From a bacterium (GTDB lineage Bacteria; Hinthialibacterota; Hinthialibacteria; Hinthialibacterales; Hinthialibacteraceae): DNA of 64,000 bases. The translations under genes were made by a program, and so were the position numbers. Below are positions 30,519 to 41,395 of this stretch, in pieces; within the stretch, counting starts at the first letter, position 1; each line of letters starts with the position of its first letter. Location of the stretch: assembly GCA_963663405.2 (NCBI GenBank), contig CAXXSM010000092.1:64001-128000 (forward strand). Direction: 5' to 3'. The notes beneath the pieces were generated by a model. The model was not told the DNA's origin. It did not search any database and saw only the letters and a program-made list of their open reading frames with translations.

Positions 30519-32546
30519 CTATGGATACAATTCAAATCCATCCGCGAATGATGTCTGAATCAAATCCGCAAGGCGCCATATCCGGATGGTGTTATCCAAA
30601 CCCGCTCCAGCAGTCAGGATTGATGTTCCATCGGGAGAAAAATCGGCGGCGGTGATTTGATAATCATGGTTTCCATTAAAAGAGAACAGTCTCTCTCCAC
30701 TGAATGTGTCCCATAGAATAATCGAGTAACCTCCTCGCAAGATCCCGGTTGAACTGGCGGTGAGTAAATAACGGTTGTCTGGGGATAAAGAGATTTGATT
30801 CATAGAGAAACTGTTATATTGAAGCCGGTAATTATATTGAGCGAGATTTTCCCCTGTTTCGACATTCCACAACCGGGCGATTCCAAACCGATCACCTGTC
30901 ACTGCGTATTGTCCATCTTTGGAAAATTCAGCGCTTAATATTGACTGTGCGTGACCTATGAAAGTATGTAGTACATCCCCCGTCTCCGCATCCCATAAGA
31001 TCGCGTTCATCCGTGACGCATCCAATGTAAGCGCTTTCGATTCATCGGGAGAGAATGTGGCCACACAGGAGAGAGTATCTGGATAAGTGCTTAAAAGGCG
31101 CGCCTTTGATGAAACCTCATCGAAAACGCTCGCTGGATAATTTCCACCGCCCTCATCTGAAGCGGGGAAAGAATGGATCTTTTCCCCCGTCGCGACATCC
31201 CAGATCACTCCCAATTCGTTCTCCTCTGTTCCCGCGCCTGTAAGAAGTTTTGTTCCATCACGCGTTACGCAAGCGGATATGTCTTCCCTTGCGCGCAGGA
31301 CATCCAGTGATAACAGTAAATCACTGGTCTCTACATCCCAGAGACGAATTGTCGTGGGGTAACCATTGGTTATCAAATACCGGCCATCAGCGGATAAAGA
31401 GGTAAAATAGGCCGACTCATAAAACGGCGCGAATGTGCGGACTACAGAACCATTATCCGCATCGATTATGTAGGCGCTGAAATCGCTCCCAACGCTGATG
31501 GTTTTTCCATCCGGAGAAAATTCGGCGTTATATAACGAATTGATCGAATTTCCATACGTCAAAACCAGTTCTTCCGTTTCCAAATCCCATAGTTGCAATA
31601 ATCCATCATAACCGCCGATCATATACCGTTCATCATTAATGAAAAAACAGTTACTTCCATATCCTGGGATGGTTTTTGTCTCTGTTACCTCTCCGGTATC
31701 TGGATCGAGATATTCGATTGACGCCGGTTCGCCCGTATCCACATTCCACCTGGAACTGTATACAATCCGGCTTCCATCAGAATTAAATCGATAGGAGCCC
31801 TTGTTAGGCCATTCATGGATTAAATCGCCGGACAATGTATCCCACAAATACCCCTTACTGCCGGAAATAGTCAGCAGCCGCGTTCCATCCGGAGAGAATT
31901 CTACTGAGCTCACACTCACAGGATGATTGTAAGAAACGAGTTTCTCTCCATCTTCAATCCTCCATAAATCCGTTTCTGAACGTTTCGCGCCAACTACTAC
32001 GTATTTCATATCCGGCGAAAAGGCCGTACCCGCTATGGTCGCATGTTCATAGTCTCCAAAAGTTTGAATGTAATCTCCCGTCTCCAAATCCCACATATCC
32101 ACGAAAAAGCGTGGGCCTTCCGGTTTGTAGGATCCAATCAGAGCGTATTTTCCATCAGGAGAGATGTCTAGCGCATCGGTATAATTCAACAAACTGTCGA
32201 AGGACAGAATCTCCCGCCCCGTTTCCACGTCCCAGAGAATACAGTAATTCCCCGCCGCTAACAATTTCGAACCATCTGGCGTAAACGCCAATCCCATAAT
32301 CGTATGGCCCTCTTTGTAAAGCCGCTGAATGAATTCCCCAGTATATGTATCCCATAGAAACACGCCCTGATTCCCTCCCACCGCAACAATTTGCTCATCC
32401 GGTGAGATGGCCACCGATTCCCTATAGCCATGGGTCAGGATCGTTTCGCCCGAAGGCCCGGTTAACGTTTGGGATTGAACGGATATCAACGAGCAAAGAT
32501 AAATGAGTAACGCAATGGTAAGGACATAAGACTTGTGCAAAAACAT
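30519..32546 (-). CDS. Secreted WD40-repeat protein W3 with C-terminal tail motif
   Basis: Paralog; ATG at 32546 (MFLHKS); ends SFADGFELYP. Confidence 0.92.
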   Translation of the reverse strand: MFLHKSYVLTIALLIYLCSLISVQSQTLTGPSGETILTHGYRESVAISPDEQIVAVGGNQGVFLWDTYTGEFIQRLYKEGHTIMGLAFTPDGSKLLAAGNYCILWDVETGREILSFDSLLNYTDALDISPDGKYALIGSYKPEGPRFFVDMWDLETGDYIQTFGDYEHATIAGTAFSPDMKYVVVGAKRSETDLWRIEDGEKLVSYNHPVSVSSVEFSPDGTRLLTISGSKGYLWDTLSGDLIHEWPNKGSYRFNSDGSRIVYSSRWNVDTGEPASIEYLDPDTGEVTETKTIPGYGSNCFFINDERYMIGGYDGLLQLWDLETEELVLTYGNSINSLYNAEFSPDGKTISVGSDFSAYIIDADNGSVVRTFAPFYESAYFTSLSADGRYLITNGYPTTIRLWDVETSDLLLSLDVLRAREDISACVTRDGTKLLTGAGTEENELGVIWDVATGEKIHSFPASDEGGGNYPASVFDEVSSKARLLSTYPDTLSCVATFSPDESKALTLDASRMNAILWDAETGDVLHTFIGHAQSILSAEFSKDGQYAVTGDRFGIARLWNVETGENLAQYNYRLQYNSFSMNQISLSPDNRYLLTASSTGILRGGYSIILWDTFSGERLFSFNGNHDYQITAADFSPDGTSILTAGAGLDNTIRIWRLADLIQTSFADGFELYP

Positions 32547-32597
32547 AGCCAATCTCCCTTATTGCAATTGGTGATCATTACTACGCTCGATTCATTT

Positions 32598-34758
32598 CTA
32601 ATACAATTCAAATCCTTCCACTGATGTCGTTTCTAACAAATCGGAAAGGCTCCATATTCGGATCGTGTGATCCTCACCCGCAGTTAGGAATGTTTTTCCG
32701 TCTGGCGAGAAATCAATCGCGGTGATGGTCTCTTGATGGTTTCCATCAAAGGCGAACAATTGTTTCCCGCTGAATGTATCCCAGAGAACGATTGGTTTTT
32801 TCTCTTCATTTTTATAATCGGAACACGCGGTAAGCAAATACTGACCATCAGGCGAAAATGATACGATATTCACGGAATGCAGAAAACTGTGGTATTGAAC
32901 AAGAATCTCTCCCGTTTCCACGTCCCACAACAAAGATTTACTCTCACCGGCGCCTGTCACTAGGTACCGGCCATCCGTTGAAAATTCTGCGCAATAGAGA
33001 ATTCCCCTATGGCCCGTTAAAGTATGCAGCACATCCCCTGTCTCCGCGTCCCATAAGACCGCATCAATTAGCGTATTTTTTTTCGTGAGTACTTTAGATT
33101 CATCAGGAGAGAATCTGGCTACTTGAGGAAGATCGTATGGGAATATAGCAGAATGGCCGCATCTTCGATGAAGACGAATCTGTTGGAGGAACACTCGCAA
33201 GCGTATTCCCTCCGGCGCCCGTGGGTGGATTGATGAAGGAACGGATCTTATCTCCTGTCTCCACGTCCCAGATAGAGCCAAGTTCGTTATCATCCTCCGC
33301 GATTCCTGTAAGGATTTTCGTTCCATCACGGGTTACATCGAAGGAGAGATCGTCTCTTCCCAATACTGTCAGAGATTGGATTAAATCAGCGCTTTTCACA
33401 TCCCAGAGGTAGAATCGATTGGGATACACGCTCGTGATAAAATACCGGCCATTCTCTTCCGGATTGGAAAGATCTCCATCTCCAGAAAATGAGACGAAAT
33501 AGGCGTCGCCTTCTAAAGGAGAGAACGTACGAACGACCGAACCGTCTTCCACATTGATCAAGAAAGCGCATGAAGCGGTTCCCACACCGATTGTTTTTCC
33601 ATCTGGAGAGAATTTCGCGGTGTAAATGGATTGAATCGTATTTCCATAATTACAAATCAGTTTATTCGTTTCCAAATCCCATAGCTGCATCAAACCATAG
33701 TTCGTTCCAATGAAGTGCTGTTCACCAAGCCGGAGAGGGTACTCATCTGAGAGATCCCATATTGATCCGTAATTCGACACGATTACGCGCCGTTTGTCTT
33801 TCAAGAGATAGCCGTATTCGCCCGATCCGGGACACTCAATTCGTTCCATGGCTCTTCCCGTCTCCGGATTAATATATTCAATCGCCACTGAATCATTTCC
33901 AATTATGTTCCCCTTGGAAATCGATATAATTTGATTGCCATCGGGTGCAAATTGAGCGGATCCAGACAGTATTACTCTTCTTACATACTCACCAGTTAAG
34001 GTTTCCCAAAGATACCCGCGAAGAATAGTACCATGACTGCTTTGTTCAGCCGCTAATAGATAATTGCCATCGGGTGAAAAGGAAACGGATTTAAAGACGT
34101 AATAACTCTGAGCGTATGTGACGAGTTTCTCTCCCTCTTCAGCGCTCCATAAATCCAGCGCACTTTCCTGTTTCAACCCTACATTCTTGGTCAACTCGAT
34201 CGTGCCAATCGCGATGTATTTAATGTCGGGCGAAAAGACCGCTTGTGAGATGGCTGTGCGATAGGCGCCATAAGCGCGGACAAACGTTCCTGTTTCCAAG
34301 TTCCACATCTCGACGCGGAACGTTTCACAGTCCTCATCACAGGTACCAATGAGCGCGTATTTCCCATCGGGAGAGATACTGAATCCATCCGTCACATTCA
34401 TCAAGCAATCGAAAGACAAGATCTCTCGCCCCGTCGCAACATCCCAGAGGATGCAATAATTTCCAAGCGCCAACAGTTTCGAACCATCCGGTGTGAACGC
34501 CAATCCCAAAACAAGATGATCCTTTTTATAGAGCCGCTGGATCAGTTCACCGGTATCTGTATCCCATAGAAACACTCCAAACTCACCACCCGTCGCAAAA
34601 AGGCGCTCATCGGGCGAGACCGCCACGGAATACACTGGACCAGCGTTCAAAATCGTTTCACCCGAAGGCCCTATAACCGGTTGTGAATAAACGGGAGTTA
34701 ACAAACAGATGGATACAAGTAGCACAATAATTGAGGAGTAAATATCACGTGGATTCAT
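32598..34758 (-). pseudogene. Secreted WD40-repeat protein W4, single frameshift near 33140 (or assembly error)
   Basis: ORFs 33103-34758 and 32598-33329 join as ...SKMRPFCYIP/YDLPQVARFSPDE, colinear with the paralogs; ends TSVEGFELY. Confidence 0.85.
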
Positions 34759-34999
34759 AATTTATCTCACTTATCAATTGAATAGGGTGGAGGAAATCTA
34801 AACTATAATAACCAATCATTTCCCGGACGAGACTAATCTATCACAAAAAATAATATGGATTGGTATGGGTATGTAAAATGTTGTACAGAGAGGGGTATTA
34901 TGAAGAGATCATGAAAACTTTTTACATATTCAAATTATTAATAAGGAGAGAAACGAGACAGATCAAGGATATCAGCGCTTGAATAATCGGATCAAGGAA

Positions 35000-36523
35000 T
35001 CACACATTCTTCCGGTTGGCTAAACTGAAAAGAGACGCGGCGATCAACAGCGCGATCGTACCCGCCGTACCGACGATAATGCTGTCGAGATTGCATTCCA
35101 GCCATTGCAGCGATGTCGGCGTTATTTTCATATTGAATGTTGTGTTAAGATATTCAATCTTTTCCGGCAGATCGCGGGCGAATGTGCCCCATCCGATCAC
35201 GATAAAACTGATCAAGATGGAGACCAGCCCCTGCCATACTTGCAACCGCGTCCGGAACAGCGCCAGCAAGAACAAACCCAGGATCGCACCGCCGAAGATG
35301 CCCGATACCGCCCACCAGAGATCCAGTGTGCTGCCGCCTCCATAAATACAGAGGATCGCGAATCCGGTTCCTAAAATTCCCCACAACACGGTGATGAAGC
35401 GGAGAATGAATACGCTGTTCGCTTCGTCCACATCCGGATTGATATAGCGCTTATGAAAATCCAACAGGTAGACCGTCGCCGAACAATTCAACGCCGAATC
35501 GACCGTGCTCATCGCCGCCGCGATAATCGCCGCTACAATCAAGCCTTTCAATCCAACAGGCAACTGCGTAGCGATAAAATATGGAAAAACTTGATCGCCC
35601 TTGGTGATCTCTTCGGGCAGACCGGTCTGGGAGTAGAACGCGAAGAGCGCCGTTCCGATATAGAGAAAGACAGCGGTTAATGGAATGTAGATCAACATCG
35701 CGATCCAGATCGAGCGTTTGGCTTCCCGTTCCGTCGCGACAGTCGAGTATTTCTGCACGTAATTCTGATCGGCGATCAGGTTGCGCAGATTATCGAACAC
35801 CCCAAACAGAATCATCACCCAAATCGTCCGGGTGGTCAAATCGAAATCCCAACTGCCCCAGCTGAATTTATTCTCTGCGATCGCCGCTTGAATTAATGGT
35901 TGATCGCCGGAGAAAATCGATATGCTGAGACTAATCGCGCAGAAGGCGATTCCGACGATCATGATTACCGATTGGACTACATCCGTCCAAATGACCGCTT
36001 GCATACCACCCAGCAACGTATAAACAATCGTGACTACGCCGATCAGCACAATCACGGCGCCGATATTGAGTGGCACAAAATTGGTCAGCAACAAGCCGGC
36101 GAGATAGAGAATCACCGCGACGCGCCCAATCATTAATAAGAGAAAACAGAGTCCCGCATAAATCCGCGCCCAGGCGCCCAACCGCTCTTCCAAAAATTTA
36201 TACACGGAAATTAGGTTCAATTTCCGGTAATACGAGACCACGTACCGGCAGGTCAGCCAGGCTACGGGAAAGATGCAGATGGAGAAGATTATCGGATTCC
36301 AGTTGGCGTCAAACGCCTTCCCCGGCGTCGCGATGTACGAGATGCTGCTCGTATAGGTACTCATCACCGCCAATCCCGCCGCCCATGCGGGGATCGTCCG
36401 TCCGGCGACCATAAACTGCTCCGCCGTCTGGCTCTTCCTCACAAAATAAATTCCCATTACAACCAACACAATCGCGTATAGGATCAAAATCCCAGAATCG
36501 ATCGCTCCAAGACTTTCGTTCAC
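35000..36523 (-). CDS. Sodium:solute symporter (SSS family)
   Basis: FMVAGR, GGMQAVIWTD, DQNYVQKY, AAAMSTVDS; many TM segments. Confidence 0.93.
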   Translation of the reverse strand: MNESLGAIDSGILILYAIVLVVMGIYFVRKSQTAEQFMVAGRTIPAWAAGLAVMSTYTSSISYIATPGKAFDANWNPIIFSICIFPVAWLTCRYVVSYYRKLNLISVYKFLEERLGAWARIYAGLCFLLLMIGRVAVILYLAGLLLTNFVPLNIGAVIVLIGVVTIVYTLLGGMQAVIWTDVVQSVIMIVGIAFCAISLSISIFSGDQPLIQAAIAENKFSWGSWDFDLTTRTIWVMILFGVFDNLRNLIADQNYVQKYSTVATEREAKRSIWIAMLIYIPLTAVFLYIGTALFAFYSQTGLPEEITKGDQVFPYFIATQLPVGLKGLIVAAIIAAAMSTVDSALNCSATVYLLDFHKRYINPDVDEANSVFILRFITVLWGILGTGFAILCIYGGGSTLDLWWAVSGIFGGAILGLFLLALFRTRLQVWQGLVSILISFIVIGWGTFARDLPEKIEYLNTTFNMKITPTSLQWLECNLDSIIVGTAGTIALLIAASLFSLANRKNV

Positions 36524-36663
36524 GTTTAACCTCCAATTGAAAATATCGAGTGTTAGAATCGTAGACGAACCAGATCATTTTACCAGGGCAAACGGGGATT
36601 TTTGGGGATTGTTTTAATCCTAAAAAAGAAATTGGGGGAATTATTGTTAAGGTAGTGTCTCAA

Positions 36664-37059
36664 TTACGGACATTGAAAACCAGGACTCTTATGAGCCTTC
36701 TTATCAAAACTGAGGACAGTATCATACCCCTCGTGTAACGCAATCTGTTGAATCAAATAATCAGAAAAATCCGCTTTGCCTATCCGGTAGAGTTGAAGGG
36801 CTTTCCTGCAAACCTCCTGCCTTTCAACATCAAATACAGAAACAGATAATATATCTTGCAATACATTAAGACGATCATGTTTAGATATTCTGTAGGCCGT
36901 TTGTAAAACCCAGTTTACTTCACATAATACAATACAAGAGATGAAAGCGGGTTTTTCCGGCGTCAACTTTTCAATCGCTTTAGTTGCTTTACGCGCCTGC
37001 GCTTGATCGTCTTGCATGATGTAACGCAGAAGTACATTCGTATCCAGCGCGATCATCAC
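36664..37059 (-). CDS. vapC: PIN-domain toxin (VapC family)
   Basis: ALDTNVLLRY, LCEV, ADFSDYLI, SFD. Confidence 0.9.
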   Translation of the reverse strand: MMIALDTNVLLRYIMQDDQAQARKATKAIEKLTPEKPAFISCIVLCEVNWVLQTAYRISKHDRLNVLQDILSVSVFDVERQEVCRKALQLYRIGKADFSDYLIQQIALHEGYDTVLSFDKKAHKSPGFQCP

Positions 37060-37319
37060 TCATGAATCCCTGCGTTTTCCGCAATTGCCCGCTCCATATC
37101 ATCGAGTGTTTTCGGCGCCCCCTCATAAGACAAACAGCCTTTCAATACCCGAACATCTAAAGTCTTTGGCCTTACAAGACATGCGCCATCCTTCAACATT
37201 TCAAAGACCAATTTATCACCTGTTTTCAGATGCATTGTATCCCGCAGGTTTTTGGGCAAAGTGATCTGACCTTTACTCGTTACAGTCGCTTCCATCATCA
37301 ATTTCTCCTTTCGACTCAC
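37056..37319 (-). CDS. AbrB/MazE-type antitoxin
   Basis: ATVTSKGQITLPK; ATGA overlap with the toxin; start may be 37298. Confidence 0.9.
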   Translation of the reverse strand: MSRKEKLMMEATVTSKGQITLPKNLRDTMHLKTGDKLVFEMLKDGACLVRPKTLDVRVLKGCLSYEGAPKTLDDMERAIAENAGIHE

Positions 37320-37445
37320 CTCTTAAATATAGCATTATTTAGCATTGAATGCTATTTAATACTGCGCTTCTGCTGAATATAGAATTCATGAACAATTCGT
37401 TTCTGGAAGAAAGGACCGAGATACTATTAAAACTTCACTCAAATG

Positions 37446-37474
37446 AAAAGGGGACAGACCCTTCGTCTGCCCCC
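37446..37474 (-). terminator. Rho-independent terminator
   Basis: Minus strand GGGGGCAGAC-GAAGG-GTCTGTCCCC-TTTT, 30 bp after the stop at 37504. Confidence 0.75.
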
Positions 37475-37503
37475 ACTTGTATTCGATTCAATAAAACAAT
37501 GTC

Positions 37504-38445
37504 TTAATGCGACTGCCACATCCCCACGGGTGTTTCACCCATCGTCCAGCGGATAATTCGGGCGGTCAATTCTTCTCCATCAGCCGTGAGATGCTCGATC
37601 ACGTTCAACCAATCCGGAGGCAGTTCGGCGCCGTTCATCGGACGCACTTGACCCGTCCAGAATATTGTCGACATCCGCGCCGTCGCGACGCCATCGGCGA
37701 GAGCTCCACCGGCTTCGACGACCGCAATAGCCGCCTTAGTTGGATTGTCTTTCCAAGTGGCTAGAACAACGGTTCCTTCCGCCGCTAAATCGACGGAATC
37801 ATAAATTCCTGTCCAAGCATCCCCTGGATTTTCGGGTGGCCCTTCGGGGCCATCTCCGAAGACTACGATTTCATCGGGGAAACCAGCGGTTAATTCGTGA
37901 GTTTTTCCCGCTTCGGTGAGTACAAGTGTATCGATACCACTAATATCTCCACTTTCCTCTCCAATAAAGAAACCACATGATCCAAGTTTGGCTCGCGTGC
38001 CAAAACAGGAGTGTTCACCCTGCACCACAGGAATTCCGTAATCCTTCACCGGCGGGGCGATGGATGACCAGCATGTGCCAGTATTGTAAATAAGATCGTA
38101 TTCATTATCCTGGAAGAAGTTCGGCTGCCACATATAGACACCGGGATTGATATACACATCATAGCCACGGCCCTCTTCATCGCCTTCCATCAGCATATAC
38201 TGAACGACGTAATCCGGCATGAGAATCGGCAGGTAGCCCATCCCATCGAGCATGTGTCTCGTTAATTCATCGTCCATCGAAAAGTGAGGCATGACATCAA
38301 AATCAAGGTTCCCGCCTGACGCTGCGCCATCACTTTCAGGACACCAGGAAATCCGGCCGATAAGAGCGATTTTTTTCGGCTGCGCGTCAGCCATCACCAC
38401 ACAAAACGCTAAAAGAATGACACTTAACAACAAAGTTTTTTTCAT
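37504..38445 (-). CDS. Secreted hypothetical protein with C-terminal tail motif
   Basis: Signal peptide ending ADA-Q, AAGGAG RBS; ends TPVGMWQSH. Confidence 0.8.
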   Translation of the reverse strand: MKKTLLLSVILLAFCVVMADAQPKKIALIGRISWCPESDGAASGGNLDFDVMPHFSMDDELTRHMLDGMGYLPILMPDYVVQYMLMEGDEEGRGYDVYINPGVYMWQPNFFQDNEYDLIYNTGTCWSSIAPPVKDYGIPVVQGEHSCFGTRAKLGSCGFFIGEESGDISGIDTLVLTEAGKTHELTAGFPDEIVVFGDGPEGPPENPGDAWTGIYDSVDLAAEGTVVLATWKDNPTKAAIAVVEAGGALADGVATARMSTIFWTGQVRPMNGAELPPDWLNVIEHLTADGEELTARIIRWTMGETPVGMWQSH

Positions 38446-38689
38446 GAAAATTCTCCTTCGATCCTTTTAGGATTCAATAACGAATAATAAGATTTTCCAT
38501 CATTTCCCCCCAAAATAACATTGGGGAAATCATTACGAACAGACTACCACCTCCTTTCCCTATAGGAACTCTCCCCTATCAAAATCAATAGCGGCAATCT
38601 TCTAAATAAGACTACATAACCATAAAACTATACGGCTTTTTAACACAATATAATAGGAAACTCCACCCTTATTCAGAGAAAAAGTTATT

Positions 38690-38780
38690 AAAATGAGTTT
38701 CCGAGATTTGCTCGTTTCCGATTACTCTCGCAACTCATTTTCATTTGCAGTTGTGATCTCAATCATGCTGGTTTATATGA
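38690..38780 (+). repeat. Family A element, copy 2
   Basis: AAAATGAGTTTCCGAG...AACTCATTTTCATTTGCAGTTGTGATCTCAATCATGCTGGTTTA. Confidence 0.85.
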
Positions 38781-38782
38781 AT

Positions 38783-39103
38783 TCACTCTTCTTCCTCTGT
38801 AGGATGCGTGCGGACAGCGGCGGTGTAAGGAAATTCCTGTAAATCGTGAAGACGGAATAATAAGTATTCCGATGGAGGCGCAATTTGGCTGGAATCCGTT
38901 TCATTATAGAGAACAATGTCGCAGGGAATTGACGCAAGAACGATGGAATCACGCGATCCCGCCCGTCCCCAGATATAGAGCCCTGTAACGAGCAACTCGT
39001 GACCGAATATCTCCGGCGTCAACGAAAGATCTTTTTTCAGCCCTAAATGCGTTTTCTTCAGCCAAAGGCTGCGAAGGAATTCGGCTTGTTTTTCTCCGTC
39101 CAC
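38783..39103 (-). CDS. Hypothetical protein
   Basis: 106-aa ORF, GTG start 18 bp after the upstream stop with GGAG RBS. Confidence 0.5.
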   Translation of the reverse strand: MDGEKQAEFLRSLWLKKTHLGLKKDLSLTPEIFGHELLVTGLYIWGRAGSRDSIVLASIPCDIVLYNETDSSQIAPPSEYLLFRLHDLQEFPYTAAVRTHPTEEEE

Positions 39104-39121
39104 GAAAAGCCGCTCCGGACA

Positions 39122-40726
39122 TTATTCGATGGAAGAATCTTTACTGATTGTGATCTCTTTGATCGCGAGAGATCCATTCGATACAGCGAACCGAAAATCG
39201 GACGCGCCATTCTGCCGGTTGACGAAACGGGCGTCCCGCAGATTTACGGTACTATCAATCCATCGTTTTGTATGGCCGCATAAAACTTGCGGCGCGGTTT
39301 TGTAGGCGCCGTTCAACGTGGCGTTCCGGTCGTGTGAATCGTATTGCGGCGCATGCCAATCGAATCCATTGTCCCAATAGGTATACGTCAACGTTAGTGA
39401 TAATTCATCATCGAAATAAAATGGATCTACAACGGAGAAGTACATATAACTATTTGCCGCTTCGACCGTCACAATACAAGGAACACCGTCAAACGAAGCG
39501 GTTTTAACAGGGCCATCGGGCTGACCGCGCGTCAGTTTGATCCCTTCGGACTGGATCGGATCACCCAGCGTGATTCGGACCGACGCGACGTCTTTATATT
39601 CAACTCCTTCATTCGAGGCGGGACGAGGCAGTAGATCGGGATGTTTCAAAACTATTGTTTCATCCGTTTTTTCATTCCGCTTGAAACGGGCTCCATATTC
39701 TTTCGTCAGTTCAATGTAAAGACGCCCATACTCTTTCGATTCACAGATATCCGTTCCCTCGTGCATTTCGTTCCAGGTTTCAATTAGGGCGATCTTTGCG
39801 TCACTGTTCAGCGCGCCGATCCAGTTTAAACGATAAAAATCACCCTGCTCACGGTCACGGATGGGTGTAGATCGGCCGGGAACCGCGCTGTCATTGTACC
39901 CAGCGCCGATCTGTACAACCGAATCAAATACATTTGGGCCTCCGAGCGCCGCCCCCCACTGTGTCACGGCGTCTACGGAGAATGACCAGGAACTATCTTT
40001 GATGATATAGGGCCGCACACCATGGAAATCTTTCTGGAAACGAGCGTAGACATAATCGATTGTGCTTTGATTGTGTTTTTTGGCAAACGCGCTGCTATAA
40101 AACACAACGATTGGACGCCCCTCTATACACGCCCAATGCTTGGGATCGATCTGGTAGAAGAAATCACGGATCGTACGGTAGAAAATATCTTTTCCCTCCG
40201 CAGTGGTTAGATCGTATTTCTCGGAACGGCCCTCAACCCCCCGGATTCCCGGCAACAGTGTGCTCGTATCGTAAAACAGGCCAATCTTAGGCGAAGGTTT
40301 CCCTTCCCGTTCCCGCTGTTCGATCGCCCATTGCAACGGACCGAGTCCCCGAACGCTGAAAAAGATCCCATTCCGGAAATAATTATCCACCACGCCCCAA
40401 TACACGGGCAAAATAAAATCAATTCCGGCTTCCACACAATCCTCGATTTCCTTCGCATGCCAAGTGGCGGAATTATAACTAACTGCTTCGGAGACGGGAA
40501 AATGATCCTGCAGGGCGTCATCAGTTTGCGCGGCGTTGTCAAAAAAATGGGATTGAGGATAGCTGTACCAATAGAAGTAGTGCGTGCCGACCAATTTCCG
40601 CGTACTCTGAAACGATTCAATCCGCGCCAAATCCCCCACGTTCCACACCGGAATAAAATCGTCTCCCATAGCCGTAAAAGAGACCAAACCAAAAATGACG
40701 AATGTCAAAAACGATCGAATAATCAT
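39122..40726 (-). CDS. Secreted DUF5010-like putative glycoside hydrolase
   Basis: Signal peptide; YFYWY, AGIDFILPVYWG, GLFYDT, IETWNEMHEGT. Confidence 0.7.
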   Translation of the reverse strand: MIIRSFLTFVIFGLVSFTAMGDDFIPVWNVGDLARIESFQSTRKLVGTHYFYWYSYPQSHFFDNAAQTDDALQDHFPVSEAVSYNSATWHAKEIEDCVEAGIDFILPVYWGVVDNYFRNGIFFSVRGLGPLQWAIEQREREGKPSPKIGLFYDTSTLLPGIRGVEGRSEKYDLTTAEGKDIFYRTIRDFFYQIDPKHWACIEGRPIVVFYSSAFAKKHNQSTIDYVYARFQKDFHGVRPYIIKDSSWSFSVDAVTQWGAALGGPNVFDSVVQIGAGYNDSAVPGRSTPIRDREQGDFYRLNWIGALNSDAKIALIETWNEMHEGTDICESKEYGRLYIELTKEYGARFKRNEKTDETIVLKHPDLLPRPASNEGVEYKDVASVRITLGDPIQSEGIKLTRGQPDGPVKTASFDGVPCIVTVEAANSYMYFSVVDPFYFDDELSLTLTYTYWDNGFDWHAPQYDSHDRNATLNGAYKTAPQVLCGHTKRWIDSTVNLRDARFVNRQNGASDFRFAVSNGSLAIKEITISKDSSIE

Positions 40727-40890
40727 GCCACGATCCTCCTACTTAAATCCAAGAACGAATAGTCTATTTTCGAACAATCACCATTGTTTGTAAATGTGAA
40801 TCGCAGAATGGGGAGGAAATGAATGAAGAAAAAAGGGGAGGATAATCTTATAAAATTATGAAAAAATATACGGTTAAAAACCAGCCACTC

Positions 40891-41229
40891 TTATTGTTTC
40901 GGTTCCTCCTCCAGCACCGTCGCGATGGCGCCTTGTGAGATTTCGATCTTCACCGGTTCTCCTTTTACCTCTGAAATCCGGATCACGGCTTGCCCTTCTT
41001 TTTCTTTTATGCTGACAATCGTGCCGAATAATCCCCCGGTCGTGACGATTTTATCGCCTTTTTTCAAACGGGCGATTTTTTCTTGATGACGTTGTTTCTC
41101 CTTCTGCTGCGGGCGAATCAGAATAAAGTAAAAGACGAGAAAAATCGCCCCGATCATCATCAGGCTCGATCCCAATGGATTTTGAGGCGCGGCGGATTCC
41201 GCGGCCAGCACGGGTAGCAGAGAAAACAT
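40891..41229 (-). CDS. yajC: Preprotein translocase subunit YajC
   Basis: FYFILIRPQQK, LKKGDKIVTTGGLFG. Confidence 0.93.
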   Translation of the reverse strand: MFSLLPVLAAESAAPQNPLGSSLMMIGAIFLVFYFILIRPQQKEKQRHQEKIARLKKGDKIVTTGGLFGTIVSIKEKEGQAVIRISEVKGEPVKIEISQGAIATVLEEEPKQ

Positions 41230-41248
41230 GGAAGAACTCCTTTTGATT

Positions 41249-41306
41249 TAAACCATCATGATTGAGATCACAAACGAGTAAATCTCGGAAACTCATTTTC
41301 ATATAG
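41249..41306 (-). repeat. Family A element, copy 3 (internally deleted)
   Basis: Both termini present, second hairpin arm missing. Confidence 0.8.
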
Positions 41307-41395
41307 ACTAACGAGATTAGTATACGATCCACGATTCGAAGAACAAGGTTTGACGCGAATCCAAATCCACTCCGCCTATCAATTCATCAGGCCAA

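Noticed and set aside
26351-34758. Diversity-generating retroelement acting on the WD40 or LRR genes
   Set aside because: No reverse transcriptase, no template/variable repeat pair, and no adenine-specific difference pattern seen.
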